Positions 1 through 13,968 of a stretch of 64,000 bases of DNA are shown piece after piece. The notes under the pieces are model-generated. The model ran no database searches. It was not told where the DNA came from and saw only the letters and a program-made list of their open reading frames with translations. The stretch covers positions 8,742,001 through 8,806,000 of the forward strand of contig OX597828.1 in NCBI GenBank assembly GCA_951406725.2. The letters run 5' to 3'. Made by a program: the position numbers and the translations under genes. Within the stretch, counting starts at the first letter, position 1. Each line of letters opens with the position of its first letter. Origin of the DNA: Octopus vulgaris. Lineage: Eukaryota.

Positions 1-65
1 TACAATCTGGAAAACACATCACTCCAAGATATCCAGCATGCTAACGATTCTGCAAGCTCTCGGTA

Positions 66-86
66 TTAATAATAGTAATAATAATA

Positions 87-118
<32 letters not shown>

Positions 119-174
119 AATAATAATAATAATAATAAATTTATAATAATAACGGTGATGATGATGATTATGAA

Positions 175-228
<54 letters not shown>

Positions 229-276
229 GATGATGATGATGATGATGATGATGACGACGACGACGATGATGATGAT
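66..276. repeat. Compound trinucleotide microsatellite (AAT)n/(GAT)n
   Basis: Directly visible; explains the poly-N/D/M ORF 38..286. Confidence 0.97.
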
Positions 277-277
277 A

Positions 278-1016
278 ACAGGATGACTAAAAGTGATTGA
301 AAACCGGAAACGGAGGCTCTAATCTGTGCCGCCCAAGAGCAAGCACTAAGAACAAATTACATAAAGTGCAGAGTAGACAACACATCAGAAACTGATAAGT
401 GCCGAATTTGTGGACAAAATTGTGTAACCGTATGGCATATTTCCAGCCAATGTACGCCACTAGCCCAGAAGGACTATAAGAGATGCCACGACAATATAGC
501 AAGGTTTGTCCATTGGACACTACAACATGTACGGACTTGACAGAGTAAAGAATTCATACGACAACAAACCGGAAGGCATCATCGAAATGATATTGCAAAG
601 ATCCTGTAGGATTTTATGATTCAGTGCGACCATGAGATAGAGAATAAGAAGTCCTAATTGAGAAAGAAATCAAACTATGTTGGTCCATAGATATAGCATG
701 CCCAGCTGGCAAGTTATGCGATAAGGAAGAAAGAAAAGTCGATAGATATGACAGGTTAGCTTGGGAGGTTAAGCAGTTGCGATCGATGAAAAAGTTGGCA
801 GCAGTACCAATAATTCTCGGAGTGTGTAAAAATCTTGCGAAATACATGGAAAAAAATAAGGGCTGCAATAAATGTTGAGCACTTTCAGAAAACAGCAATT
901 CTTGGAACTATTCGAATACTCCGGAAGGTGCTCGAAAAGTAAGGGGTGTTGCTTTAGTTCACTGGTAGTGAACAGCTGACCATAGTACATCTCCAGCGTC
1001 AGAAGCGGTGCAAAGG

Positions 1017-1084
<68 letters not shown>
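278..1084 (+). mobile_element. 5'-truncated, decayed RLE-type non-LTR retrotransposon (R4/Dong-like): zinc knuckle, restriction-like endonuclease, 3' UTR and (ATT)n tail
   Basis: Manual translation from 283 gives KPETEALICAAQEQALRTNYIK..DKCRICGQNCVTVWHISSQC..DYKRCHDNIARFVHW (CCHC knuckle plus RHD-like motif). After frameshifts it continues DFMIQCDHEIE..IDIACP..KVDRYDRLAWEVKQL..QKTAILGTIRILRKVLEK*, with the stop at 940-942. (ATT)n occupies 1018-1084. Confidence 0.88.
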
Positions 1085-1086
<2 letters not shown>

Positions 1087-1643
1087 CACTCCTCTGGAAC
1101 TTCATCATTCAAACTCACAGAAAGATAGATGCAAATAGGCCAGACATCATATTGAAAGACTTCAGAGCAAAATCATGCCTCCTCGTTGATATGACTGTCC
1201 CAATCGATATAAACGTATCTGTCAAGACCTACCAAAAACTGAGCAAGTATAAAGATTTTGAAAGAGAAATTAGCAAAATGTGGAACTTGAAGACTAAAAC
1301 AATACCTGTTGTCTATGTGCCCTGGAAATGATAGCAAAAGGGGCTGATTGCTACCTAACTCAGCTACCAGGAAACCCCAAAATCGCAGAAATTCAAAAGA
1401 TAAATGCTCATAGGAACTGCCCATATCCTACGCAAAATACATTCTAAGTAATGTCAGGTTTTAAAACAAACATAATTTTCTTATGGTTTCTTAAACATTC
1501 TCTAGAACAACACTATGTACAAAACCAAATACATGGCACCTTAGTCACAACACCGATATGTACTTCCAACTTGTTATCTCTTGAGTTCTCTGGGTGATAT
1601 TTTGAGCCAACTTGTACAAATGTAAAGAAAAATCCAAACATAA

Positions 1644-1713
<70 letters not shown>
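1085..1713 (+). mobile_element. Second, divergent R4/Dong-like RLE LINE 3' fragment with (TAA)n tail
   Basis: The ORF 1008..1331 segment TLLWNFIIQTHRKIDANRPDIILKD..CLLVDMTVP..KLSKYKD is the PD..D..K..KY RLE signature. It continues after frameshifts to GTAHILRK near 1440. (TAA)n occupies 1644-1713. Confidence 0.9.
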
Positions 1714-1718
<5 letters not shown>

Positions 1719-2399
1719 TTCTAAGCATTTCAACCGACGTGCCAACGCTCGCCGCCGTAACAACAACAACAGCAGCAACAACAACAACAACAACAACAAC
1801 AATAATAATAATAATAATGATAATAGTAATAATAATAATGATTTTCTTATGTTTTGACAGACAATACTTTGTGCAAAAGTACAGATATGGTATCCTAGAC
1901 ATAATACCGCCTTGGAATTCTGACGTGTCTTTACATCTAACCTCTGTCATCAAAAGCCATCCAGTTTTCTTCAACAAGGAATATTTTACACTGTCGGCTT
2001 AGAAACCAAAACTCCAAAACTCACTCAAATCGCATATTCAAGAAAGAACAAATTCGTTAATATAGTTCTTTGACATATTTACAAACAGACGGATTGGTCA
2101 TTGCAGGAATGTTTTTGATCATTAGTTTATTTGATCAGGATTTTATTGAAACTAAACAACCACACAAAGAACAATAACAATCAGAAGTTTTACTATTTGA
2201 CCTTCGAGAGAGCGATCTCTCTTGTTATTTGATGAAAACTGACAATGTATATGATTTGTCAAGTTTACACTGTACTACATAAAAGTACCGTATAACCTGA
2301 GAGAAAACTGAATGATCATATTTCTGTTTTACTAACTCTCATCCATTAAGTGATTAGATTTACTTCTTCACGTATACGTGCACAAATAAGTTCTACTAT

Positions 2400-2516
2400 C
2401 GTATATATGTGAATATGTGTGTGCGTGTGTGTCGGTGCTTGTCTGTGTGCGTTAGTACAGTGAACGTCCATTATACAAACACATTCATCAATGCGTGTAT
2501 GCTGTGTGCGTGAGTG

Positions 2517-2561
<45 letters not shown>

Positions 2562-3456
2562 GTATGTATATATGTATATATGTATATATATATATATATG
2601 TATGTATATGTATATATATATACATGTATGTAGGTATGTATATATATATGTATATATAAATATATACATATATGTATGTATATATATGTATACATATATA
2701 TATACATATGCATGTATGTATGTGTATGAATGGCTATATATGTGTATATATGTTTGTATATATATATATACTTGTATTCGCGTGTGTGCGTGTTTAAAAT
2801 ACACATTCATATACACACATATTTCTGAGTGTGTGTGTGTGCGGAGTGCGAATGATTGTGCGTGTATTTTATTGCGACATTTTGCCAATGCTAATATAGA
2901 CATTTTACTCGATTATTTCTTATGCAACATTATTTACTATATTTTCTCTTCAATTCATTTATTTTAAGTTATTTGTGATAAATGTTTGCAATTGTTTGAA
3001 CTAAAATGCACCAAGAAGATTTAGTAACGTAAATGGGGTTTTACTAAAATGTAAAATGTAGTTAAATGAAACGGATGAAAAAGGTTGTAACAAACATTTA
3101 AGAAAACGTATTTCGAAAAGAAACAATAACAAGAAAGAATAAAAAATAAATTCAGCAACGAAACCATAACAAGCATGGCAACAATAAAAATGTCAACAAA
3201 ATTTCCATTGAATTAATGTTGAACAAAGAAAACAGACAAAAAGCCATTAAACAACTGATTCTATTGCAGCGGGGGACACGTTAGGTGCAATTTAACATGT
3301 CATATATTAAAATGTAGGATATTAACAATTTATACACGCATAGTTCTAGGTATAGGCAAGAGACATATTCTTTCAATGGTTCATCAGTTATAAATGTGTG
3401 TTTATACACACATGCGTACACATGTATACTTACATACATACGTATACACACACACA

Positions 3457-3506
<50 letters not shown>

Positions 3507-3635
3507 TACACACATATATATATATACATACATGTACAAGTGTACGTGTGTTTGCGTATGTATATCGTAGGAAGTGAGGAGGATGAAACAGAGAATAAAA
3601 GACGTCTAAGCGTGTGAGGATATACATTTTTTACG

Positions 3636-3671
<36 letters not shown>

Positions 3672-3825
3672 AATATGAATAAAAATAAATATATATACAT
3701 AAATAAATATTAAAAATGTGCATATTTACATATACATGTATACATTAATATATGTATATACACATACATATGTACACATACACATATATGTATGCACACA
3801 TATATACATATATATATGCGGAAGT

Positions 3826-3872
<47 letters not shown>

Positions 3873-4118
3873 TACGCATAATTGCATATATACGTATATA
3901 TGTGTGTGTGTATATATATATATATCTATACGCATTTGTATATATTTATGCATATATATATATATATATATATGTATGTGTATGTATATATATATATATA
4001 TATGTGTGTATGTGTATGTATATATATATATATATATATGTATGTATATATAGTGACGTACGTTTGCCATTTAAATATGGCTAACCCCTAAGGGTGGATA
4101 TAAATATATAGATAGATA

Positions 4119-4170
<52 letters not shown>
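2400..4170. repeat. Clusters of compound (TA)n/(TG)n/(TATG)n microsatellite (about 2400-2850 and 3400-4170)
   Basis: Directly visible; source of the YI/IY-repeat ORFs. Confidence 0.95.
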
Positions 4171-4171
<1 letters not shown>

Positions 4172-4599
4172 GTAGACACGTATACATAAAGTAGCTTTTG
4201 GTCAGCTGAATGACGTATACAAACTATATTTGAAGGAGTACTGTTTTTTATTCAGAGATTGCTGAGGCAAAATATAGTAAGGGCGTTCACTAACAACTTG
4301 CTTCGAAATCATTCATAACTTCAGAAATATGAAGACAATATTTTTTTTTTTGGAGTATGTTAACATGTAGAGGTCGAGTGAGGAGACTATGTCATTAAGG
4401 GATATGTTTGCTCTTACATGTCCACGCCATAGTATCCTTGTGATGATTAACCCAACTTAACATTTGGCTTTGTATTTACATGAAAATTGTGAATATCATT
4501 TGAGACCACCAGTGTTGTGCATATTAAATATCTCTATTCCAACTTGATATAATAGCTTCACGTTTTGTTACCTTCAGTGCTTGGAGAAACAGTACGATG

Positions 4600-5640
4600 A
4601 CACGAGACTTGCAGACTTTCCTGGATTGGTGGGATTCATTCCATTACTCTTTCCCTAAAACCCTTTCTACATCAGCACGTTTAGGAAGAGTACAATCTGT
4701 GAGCGTATTGTAGATAAGCAAAGTACTGGGCGTAAGATTTTTGCAGTGCTTACAGTGTTAGACAAAGCAAGTATAACGAGAGGACTAGGGAAACGTAGAA
4801 CGGATTTGTGCGAGTGGAGTTGGTAGCGGCCGAGTTTATTATAATAGCTATGGAAGAGACAGAGAGGAGAGATATCATGTTGATGGATCAGAGAAAGTCT
4901 GGGGATGCAGCAGAGATTGATCCTACATATGAGTGATATTATGAAGATCGATAGTGTGCCAATTTTCGGATATTTTTTTAATGATATGTGAGTGCAAAAG
5001 CCAAATTTTCTTGTGGTCCTTACCCCAGCTTTGAACAGCATGAATCGTGATTGTTTGGTGCCTTATTTTCTGACTCTAAGGAAAACGCTCGGCTGCCGGG
5101 ATGCTTTCTTTGCCACATTACAGATTTGATTATTACAGAACAGATCGTCAGTGGTATTTAGACTAAACATTTAGCAGTTTTGAGGGTTAAAAAAAAGTTA
5201 CACTCAAGATTAGGCTAAGTTTTATGCGATGCAGTTTTATTCATATAAGTAGTTCTTGTGCTGTTTTGCTATTCAGAAAGACAACTTTTGCATGTCCTGG
5301 ATAAGGGATGCTTCTGAACAAGCTGTCCATGACAGTGAATGTTTTGTAGCTGTGTGTCTAGGTTGCGAGTGGATAATACATAGTTGGGGAAAACGAGGGG
5401 GTATGGAGAATAGTGCATAAATGTTTGGGTAGTTGCTTGTTGTTAAAAGTAAATCAATGGAATGTAGAAGGAACAAAGTTTAGGAAAAAACAGAAGTTGA
5501 AATAAATAAAGAGCATAATCCATGAACACATGTGGCAATAGTGCAATCTTATTGGTAGATACACATCCAAATATCGGGTGGTATATAGTCAGGGGATTTA
5601 CTTAAGTGATATATATGCACGGTTACTATTGTTGTTGTTT
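4600..5640 (-). mobile_element. Highly decayed CR1/L2/Jockey-group LINE reverse-transcriptase C-terminal relic
   Basis: Minus-strand fragments: FLLHSIDLLLTTSNYPNIYALFS (resembles FLLxINDL..YADD), LFKAGVRTTRKFGFCTH (resembles LYKAxVRP..EY) and LIHQHDISPLCLFHSYYN (resembles L.HRR.V.SL.LFYRYY). They occur in the expected order. Confidence 0.5.
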
Positions 5641-6029
5641 CTTGCTTCTCGAGACATACCTGGCTCATAAGGGCCGGTTTCCCTGTTTCATTGGCGTATA
5701 GGTTCCAAACGTGGACGAGACGCCGGTCTGTCGCGAGGTTAGTATTGCTTTTACTATAAGTCAAGAATACGCTGAACAAGCTACCAATGAATGTGCTTTG
5801 ATGGAAACCGTAGAGTTTGTCATTAAGGAAGAGAGATGCAACGTATTGAAGGATATAACTTTGAAAGGTGACTATTTTGTTATATACATGTTTGAATTGA
5901 ATGTAACAGGATGAGAGTTGTCAGGGTTGGAGAACGTAATTGTTTATTGGCCGAGACGCATTAGAGATTGAGAGCTTGAAGTGTTAGATAACCATATCCA
6001 TAGCATTCATGATCTCTGAGAAAGAAACG

Positions 6030-6115
6030 ATCTATCTATCTATCTATCTATCTACCTATATGTATATATATATATATATACATACATGCATATATACACA
6101 CACACACACACACAT

Positions 6116-6208
<93 letters not shown>

Positions 6209-6643
6209 AAGAAAACACAGTTTTTGTAAAATGAAATTGATTAGAAATATAATCGGTATAATTTTAACGCTGCATAAGTATTTGAACGTGAAAATACTGG
6301 TTTCTCGTAACCATAGAATTGGTCATCAGAGCGACGTCGTATCAGAGCGTCGCAAATTGAGAGATAAGCGTACATTTCATGTGTATATGTATCTTCATAA
6401 ATACGTTACAGTTCTTTCTTGGCGTTATTTAAACCCCACTCACTTAGTCCGTCACTCACCGCTGTTTTCTCTGTCTCAAATCGGCACTTTTAATGTCTAA
6501 TATCTCTTAAATATACATATATAAAAAAAAACACGCACACATATTTTCACACGCGCACACAACCACACGAGTACACACACATATGCATACACTCACGCAT
6601 ACATACACACACACATATATATACATATGAATGGATATATATG

Positions 6644-6682
<39 letters not shown>

Positions 6683-6711
6683 GTATATATATGTATATAT
6701 ATATGTATGTG

Positions 6712-6763
<52 letters not shown>

Positions 6764-6830
6764 AAGAGAGAGATAGACATATAACGACACACACGTATAA
6801 ATTAGTATATATATATATATATATATATAT
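6030..6830. repeat. (TATC)n/(CA)n/(TA)n/(GA)n microsatellite clusters
   Basis: Directly visible at about 6030-6205 and 6520-6830. Confidence 0.95.
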
Positions 6831-7644
6831 AGGATAATTTAATATATCCTAATATGATGTAATGATAATATAATATCCGGTCTGTCATTTTGATATCAAC
6901 TGTCTATACTGGTCATTACCAATTTTATTGGTATTGTCAAATTCAATTTGCTTGACCTAGAACAGTGTTGTGTGAGCGTCTGCAACAAATTTATTATCGT
7001 ATAAGATTTTATAAAGGTTTTGGTAAAAATATTTTAATGAATGTTACTTTACCAACTCTGGTCAAAAATTTTCTATGAATTTACAGCAGAAAATAAGAGT
7101 GTTTATAATAGCCTTTGTTAATCCTCGTACGTAAATATACATAGACCAGTACGCACATGCGCATGCACAAACACACATTATCTTTCACGTGTCCTCTTTG
7201 AGATGAATAACTGCATTCTTAAATGTATACGCACATTCTTGTTCACAATTGGTAACTACGAAAACATAATAGAAGAAACCACTTAAATGGCAACGGAAAA
7301 TATTTTGCGTATATATACGAACGATTGTTTGTAGTTATAAGAATATTTCTTAAAAGGCTGTGAAACATAAATTCGTTATTTGTTGCTGGCGACACTTAGT
7401 AATAGAAAAATGCATGTGTCCTGTGTTTCAATGGCGTCAATCATAGCCCAATGTGTTTTTATATATATTTTCTGTGAAGGAAATTTCCTGTGTGGCTATT
7501 ACTTCAGCGATAATACCTATCTACGTCCGAGTGTGCATGAACATGATAAATATAACATTGTACAATTTGTAAATTTATTTAACATATGTGTGCGTGTGTA
7601 TAAACATACATACAAACAGACAAACATTTCCCAGTTCATACACA

Positions 7645-7956
7645 TGTTGAGACTCTCTTCGGTCATGACTGACCGTGGGATTGCACCTAGAAAGTTACCC
7701 TCCCAGGCACAAGTCCGGGCAAGGTCGTTTATGCACGACCAGCAGTCGCCCATGCATACCGACCTCCCCTCTCCACGCCACCAGTGTTGTCCAAGGGAAA
7801 GGCAACAAACAGCAGATACAGCTTGGCACCTGTGACGTCGTAACTCATTTCTACAGCTGAGTGAACTGGAGCAATAGGAAATAAAGTGTCTTGCTCAAGA
7901 ACACAACCTCACGAACACAACCTCGACACTCTAATCACTGAGCTATGCGCCTTCAC
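7645..7956 (-). mobile_element. tRNA-derived SINE with CORE-like central domain
   Basis: The minus strand starts GTGAAGGCGCATAGCTCAGTGATTAGAG (A-box-like). The segment ACAGCTGAGTGAACTGGAGCAA..TGCTCAAGAACACAAC is shared with 45060-45120. Confidence 0.65.
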
Positions 7957-9759
7957 ATATGTATCTAAGTCTTATGTATATATATAAGTGTGTATGTATG
8001 TATATATGTATGTATACATGTATGTATGTAAAAATAGAAATGGTACATTTTATTTAAGTTGATGACGAGTAACAGAGTATCGAGAAACTCACACTGAAGT
8101 GTGCTACCCTGAAAACATAATTATTGACACAGAAAGTAAATCGATTTGACCAAAAGGTCATTTAATAGGAAAATGTTTTGTAAAAGGTTTCCTTTATAGA
8201 ATTACACTAGTTGACTTACGAACGTTAGTGTAAGAACTGATATCTAAACCAACTCGAAACCATATGCATATGTGCAAAAATATATAACGATTGTTGGATT
8301 TTGTAGCTCAAAAATTCTTTCCACTCATTCTTCTGACAACTTACACCAAGTCCAATAACAGATGCGTCACAAATCACGTTGATATGTTTTCGACTCTAAT
8401 TTGGAGTTTCTCTTCTCACAAGAATATACACTATTTCTCTGAAGGCAGGGTTGGCTTTAATCGTATGATGTTTGCCGAGTCAGAGTAGAACTGAGGTTTT
8501 ATGATAAAGAGCAACAATAACATCAATATTAGTAGAAAAAAAATCAAACTGTAGATGCTATACGTTTCAAAAAGGTTTTATCTTGAATGATTTTACTGAC
8601 AGGAAGCTAGTTCGATGACTTTCTCCACTTTGTTGTTCATATATAATGGAGTTTTCAAATTTACTACCGAGTTTTCAAATGTAGCAAATAATTTATCTTC
8701 ATGACGTTGTTACTACATGTTCTATTGAAGCTAGACTCTGTTGTTGGTACCTACATGAAGCTAGTCTGGCTGGTGCATTAATTGATGTGTCTGTTCTTAA
8801 CCATAGCTATAATACTTTTCTGTAAAAATAAAGAATTTCTCCTATGCAGCGATTGAGAGACAAGCTTCTGATTAACTGAAATATATGAGGCTCTAGGAGA
8901 GAAGTTATATTGGCTAATTTTTGTAGAGAAAAGCAGTATAACCGAAGTTATTCAAAAATTATTATTTCAACACTATAGCCGCTGAGTGCAAAAAGAGAAA
9001 AATCTTATGACTGACACAATGAAGGATAGAAACATTGAATGGGAAATAGACGCTTCCAACCAACAACACTGAACAAAAAGAGGGGGAAAAATCATTATCC
9101 GTAGAAAAGAGTATCGCATGATATCATTTGAGGTTGTGCATGTGAAGCGGTAATGTTAATTCCTCAATGAGTGTAGTGTGAGACGTGCGGTTGATATACA
9201 TTTGGAAACGTTTCGCCTACTCGGTCAATCAGTTATCTTAGAGAAAATAATGAACATAATATGTAATAACTTACAGACTCTAACTATATTTCTCCCCAAG
9301 TGTATTTCTCATTTCAGACTCCGCCCCACTCTCTCCAATAAATCGACACGGATTTCCGCCCGCGTATAAAGTCATTGCGCTCTTTATACGTGTGTCGTCG
9401 ATATAAGATTGTATCAGTATATTTTTCAACAAACTTATCTTCTTTCACTTAACACACATAGTAGAACTGAGTCAAAGCAGAATCCATTGATAGATTACGA
9501 TGTAGGTTACAATTATGCACCAAGAGAAGCAGAAATATTCAGTCTCCGGAAAATGGACACTAGTTTTCGTAATGCCAATTTCAATGTAAATTATTCTTAC
9601 AGTATCAAAGGCCTACCTTTGTATATGGACGCAGATAACAAATCTAATCTTATTTAAAAGAGAATTCATAAACACATTTCAAACTATAACTATTACCTTC
9701 ATCGACTGCGTCGTCATCCTCCTCAAAATCATTATTATCTTTCCCCACAATCACCTCCA

Positions 9760-9978
9760 TCATTCACTGCCGTCGTAATCATTATCATCATCATTGTTTG
9801 TCGTTGCAGTCGTGAACAACATCATCATCACTTTCATCATCATCATCATCATGGAGATCATCGTCGTGCTCGTTGTTATGCAAGCAATTACCATTATCAT
9901 CATCATCAGCAGCAGCACCATCAAAATCATCATAATCATCATCATCATAATCATCATCATCATCATCATTATCACCAC

Positions 9979-10031
<53 letters not shown>

Positions 10032-10106
10032 CTATCATCATCATCATCATCATCGCCATCATCATCATCGTCATCATCATCATCATCATCATCGTCGTCG
10101 TCGTCG

Positions 10107-10196
<90 letters not shown>
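9760..10196. repeat. Imperfect (CAT)n microsatellite of about 440 bp
   Basis: Directly visible; explains the poly-M and poly-I ORFs. Confidence 0.97.
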
Positions 10197-10909
10197 ATAG
10201 AGGTGAGGAAGGTCTTAGTTCAAATCTGTATTAGCGTCTTTTGTTGCAGCGTTGCTATCTCTGCTCACTGTTCTCCGCTCGTCCGTCATTTTATTATATA
10301 CGTGTGATAAGCAACATCTATTCTTATATATACATTTATATAGGCATACGTTTTCTAGATATCACTATTAATAAGCATTTGTCAATAACCTCACTCTTTA
10401 GTATTGAGCTATTTGCAGATTAATTACAATTCAGCTTAAGTTCGTCAAGTTTAGCTGAATATATCTATCTAATACGTATCAAAGCATCGTATCGTTGAGT
10501 CCTTTAAACTACTGTCTGCGCTGAGACGCTAGAGATAAACGCAGTTATCTATCATCTGGAATAAACCAATATGATATCGTTTTATTTTCCATAGTTTACG
10601 TATGATACAGACACAGTCTCACGTTATATGAGGTACGAAATTATATTCCATACAGTTTCCATTAAACTCTATCTGTCTCTCTGCATCTCTCTCTCTCTCT
10701 CTCATATGTGCGTGAGTGTGTAAACATGTGTGTGTATAAATACATATGCATTTATCTTGCAAGACTATCTATCTATCTTAGTATTACACTTTCTTCTTGT
10801 CCCCTCATCTGTCTTTACCCTTTTTCCTATACATGTAAACCATATTTATATACATACACACACACATATATATATGCATGTATACACACACACACATACA
10901 CACACACAT

Positions 10910-10963
<54 letters not shown>

Positions 10964-11168
10964 AAAAATATATATATATATACATATATATATACATACA
11001 CATACATATATACGTATATATGTGTGCGTGTGTGTGATTTGCATTTACAAAAAATGACAAAGAGAGAATGAGGGAACAACAAGCAAGTGTATTACTTTGA
11101 CAGAAAGACAGATATGTAAATACATACATACATACATACATACATACATACATACATACATACATACA

Positions 11169-11201
<33 letters not shown>

Positions 11202-11249
11202 GCATACCAAAGTAGATACATGAACAGACATAGTGTGATATGTATCTTT

Positions 11250-11454
11250 CATATTTTAACTTTAACTTGTTGCAGTCATTTTCACTGTGCTATACTGGAG
11301 TACCTTTTTGAAGGGTTTTGGTCGAAAAAATCAACCCTAGGACTTACTATTTTTTGAAGCCTATTGCTCTCTTTTTCCGGAACGCTAAGTTACAGCACGT
11401 AAATAAACCACCAGGAGTTTGTCAAGCGATGAAGGGGGCAAACACAAACACACA

Positions 11455-11512
<58 letters not shown>

Positions 11513-13252
11513 TTAGCGTCCATAACATATCGGTCAGTGAGAACAAGTGTATAGAAATATTTATTATAGAATATGAAAAAAAAAACGTTGAAACTAGACA
11601 GGTTACATATATTTAGATTTATCTAAAATCTATCTTTCGTGAAACCTTCAAGTGAATATGATAAATATTTCGTAAGTTATGAGGAAATAAACAAATAATC
11701 TTCCAAACTGCAACGGCCAAAGAAGAAGGGTCACTTGGAAAAACAATGAAAAAGGGAAGAAGAGCTAAAAAGAAACCCTTACACTTGATATTTTGTGAAC
11801 ATTCCTTTTACTATCAATGACTTCCTGATATCTGTTACCACAGGACTGAATTAGTTTCTTGCAAAAGGATGGAGTAAATTTGTTGTATTCGTTTTCAATA
11901 ATTCCCAGAGTTCATCTTGGTTCTTCGCGCCACATATGCAGTAATCTCCCAAACGTTTTCTTTAGGGATGAGATCGGGACTTTGAGGTAGCCAGTCCACG
12001 AGATCAACCTCTTCATCACTCAAAACATCTTCGACTCTCTTTGCAGTGTGACAGGGGCTGTTGTCCTACACGAAGAGAGGAGGTTGAATTGACGAGGATC
12101 AGAGATGAGGAAGGGCTTGCTGTCGAAGAATTTGCATGTAGATTTCAACATTGAAAGCCCCTTATAGGCAAATAAGTGGGCCAGGACCAGCAGCAGAAAT
12201 CACTCCCAATACCATTCCACTGACCCCTCCATGTTTCACACATCTTTGTCCGAAGCACATACTGCTATCTGAACAACAACATTAAACTTCGATTTATCAC
12301 TAAAATGAACCTGCAACCACTGTTCTTCTATCGAAACGACATGTCCGTGAACGAAACGAAGACGGGCTCTTTGATGCTTCTTGGAGATCAGAGGTTTCTT
12401 TGCCGGTGCCCGAGCAAGCTACCCGGAACCCCGTAACCTCCAAGAAACTGTATTGCGTAATACGTTGACATCGGAAGTGGAGCTAACTCACGGGACATCT
12501 CAGTGGCGCTCTTAAACATATCTTCCAGTGACATTCTAACCATAATACGATCCTGTCTTGATGAAGATTTACATGGTCCACCGGTTTGGGGTTTAGTGTC
12601 TGTCGATCCTGATGATATAAAACGTGCGGCAAATAGTTGCACAACACTTCTAGACCTTGCTATAGTTGTTGCTCTCACAGCATTTGACTTGCCCACTTGG
12701 TGAATGCACACAATCCTTTGTTTTCCACCACAGGACACTAGTCGTCTCACAAAATCCGCCGTCTTGACAGTTCCAATAATGTAAGATCATAAGAAGTAAC
12801 TATTAGGCCAGTAACAATCTTCTAAACAACAAATACCCGGGTTAGTAGTTCATTTTTTCTAAGTGACCTTTAAATTTTGGCCGCTGCAATTTGGAAGATT
12901 GTTTGATTATTTCCTCATAACTTACGAAATATGCATTCCATTCAATTGAAATTATATAGATATTAGATATATCTAGATATATCGAATATATATCTGATCT
13001 AATCTCAAAGTGTTGTTAATCTTCTATAATAACCATTTTAATTCACTTGTTCTTACTGCCCCTTATATTATCGTCGCTACTGTATACACACAAACACACA
13101 CACATATTCATATACGACGTACTATCTTCAGTTTCTGTCTACCTAATACACTCAGTCCTTAGTCGACTACTTGGCCAAGATATCACATACGTGGCACTGG
13201 AGCGGGGAACCTTGTTGGTGAGGAAGAAGGATCTTACGACACAACCACACCA
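11250..13252 (-). mobile_element. Degenerate family-A SINE split by a Tc1 insertion (halves at about 11250-11510 and 13083-13252)
   Basis: The left half matches the family-A 3' part (cagtcatt..gctaagttac..gtcaagcgatg..acaaacac). The right half matches the 5' part (tacgac..tcagtttc.gtctacc..cttac.acacaaccac). Confidence 0.75.
11511..13082 (-). mobile_element. Full-length but decayed Tc1-family (DD34E-type) DNA transposon with long TIRs of about 240 bp and TA target duplication
   Basis: ORF 12388..12750 is a Tc1 HTH region. Downstream broken frames give VHFSDKSKFN, KHGG..MVLGVIS..GPGPL, DNSPCHTA and WLPQSPDLIPKENVW. TIRs at 11511-11750 and 12849-13082 share e.g. ATATTTCGTAAGTTATGAGGAAATAA. Ends are TA|CATTAG and CTACTG|TA. 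Confidence 0.9.
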
Positions 13253-13262
13253 CGCCCCTTTC

Positions 13263-13319
<57 letters not shown>

Positions 13320-13324
13320 ATATA

Positions 13325-13540
13325 CATATTCTTTTATTCTTTTATTTGTTTCAGTCATTTGATTGCAGTGATGCTGGATCATCCTTTAGTTGAACAATTC
13401 GACCGAAGGACTTATTCATTATAAGCCTAGAACTTATTCTATCTGTTTCTTTTGCAGAATCGCTAATTTACGGGGACGTAAACACACCAGCATCGGTTGT
13501 CAAGTGATGGTGTAGGGGACAAACACAGACACACAAACAT
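13325..13540 (-). mobile_element. Partial family-A SINE (3' half)
   Basis: ttgtttcagtcatttga..acggggacgtaaacacaccagcatcggttgtcaag..acaaacacagacacacaaac matches 52830-53040. Confidence 0.85.
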
Positions 13541-13794
13541 TTGTGTATTAAATGGTTTCAAATGATAAGAAAATGTTCTGAATGCCTCAACATTCTTTCA
13601 AGCCAATTACACGGAGGACTGATCTTCGTTTTCATTTTGGATTAAAGTACGAAGAATCACAGGATCCCAGGAGACTTTATCGCGAATTTCCATGATTTTT
13701 GGTGCTAGAATTCAAAATAGAGACGAACACCATTCCTTCATGTGATAGGGCTTGAAATTTGGTTAAGACATTATATTTTCTACACATGAGACCA

Positions 13795-13968
13795 CTACTC
13801 TAGGCACAAGGACCGACATTTTGGGGAGGGGGTCAGTCGATTAGATCGATCTCAGTACACAAATGGTACTTAATTTATCGACCCCGAAATGATGAAAGGC
13901 AAAGTCGACCTCGGTGGAATTTGAACTCAGACAGACGAAATACCGCTAAGAATTTCACCCGGCGTTAC
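13795..13968 (-). mobile_element. Family-B SINE (Meta-domain-like central box)
   Basis: The reverse complement has GAGTTCAAATTCC (B box) followed by GAGGTCGACTTTGCCTTTCATC.TTTCGGGGTCGATAAATTAAGTACC. The same block recurs near 30440, 42620, 59595, 59820, 60900 and 61050. Confidence 0.8.

Noticed and set aside
9200-9238. Minus-strand CUGAUUGA..GAAACGUU hammerhead look-alike
   Set aside because: The core has an extra base and stem I does not pair.
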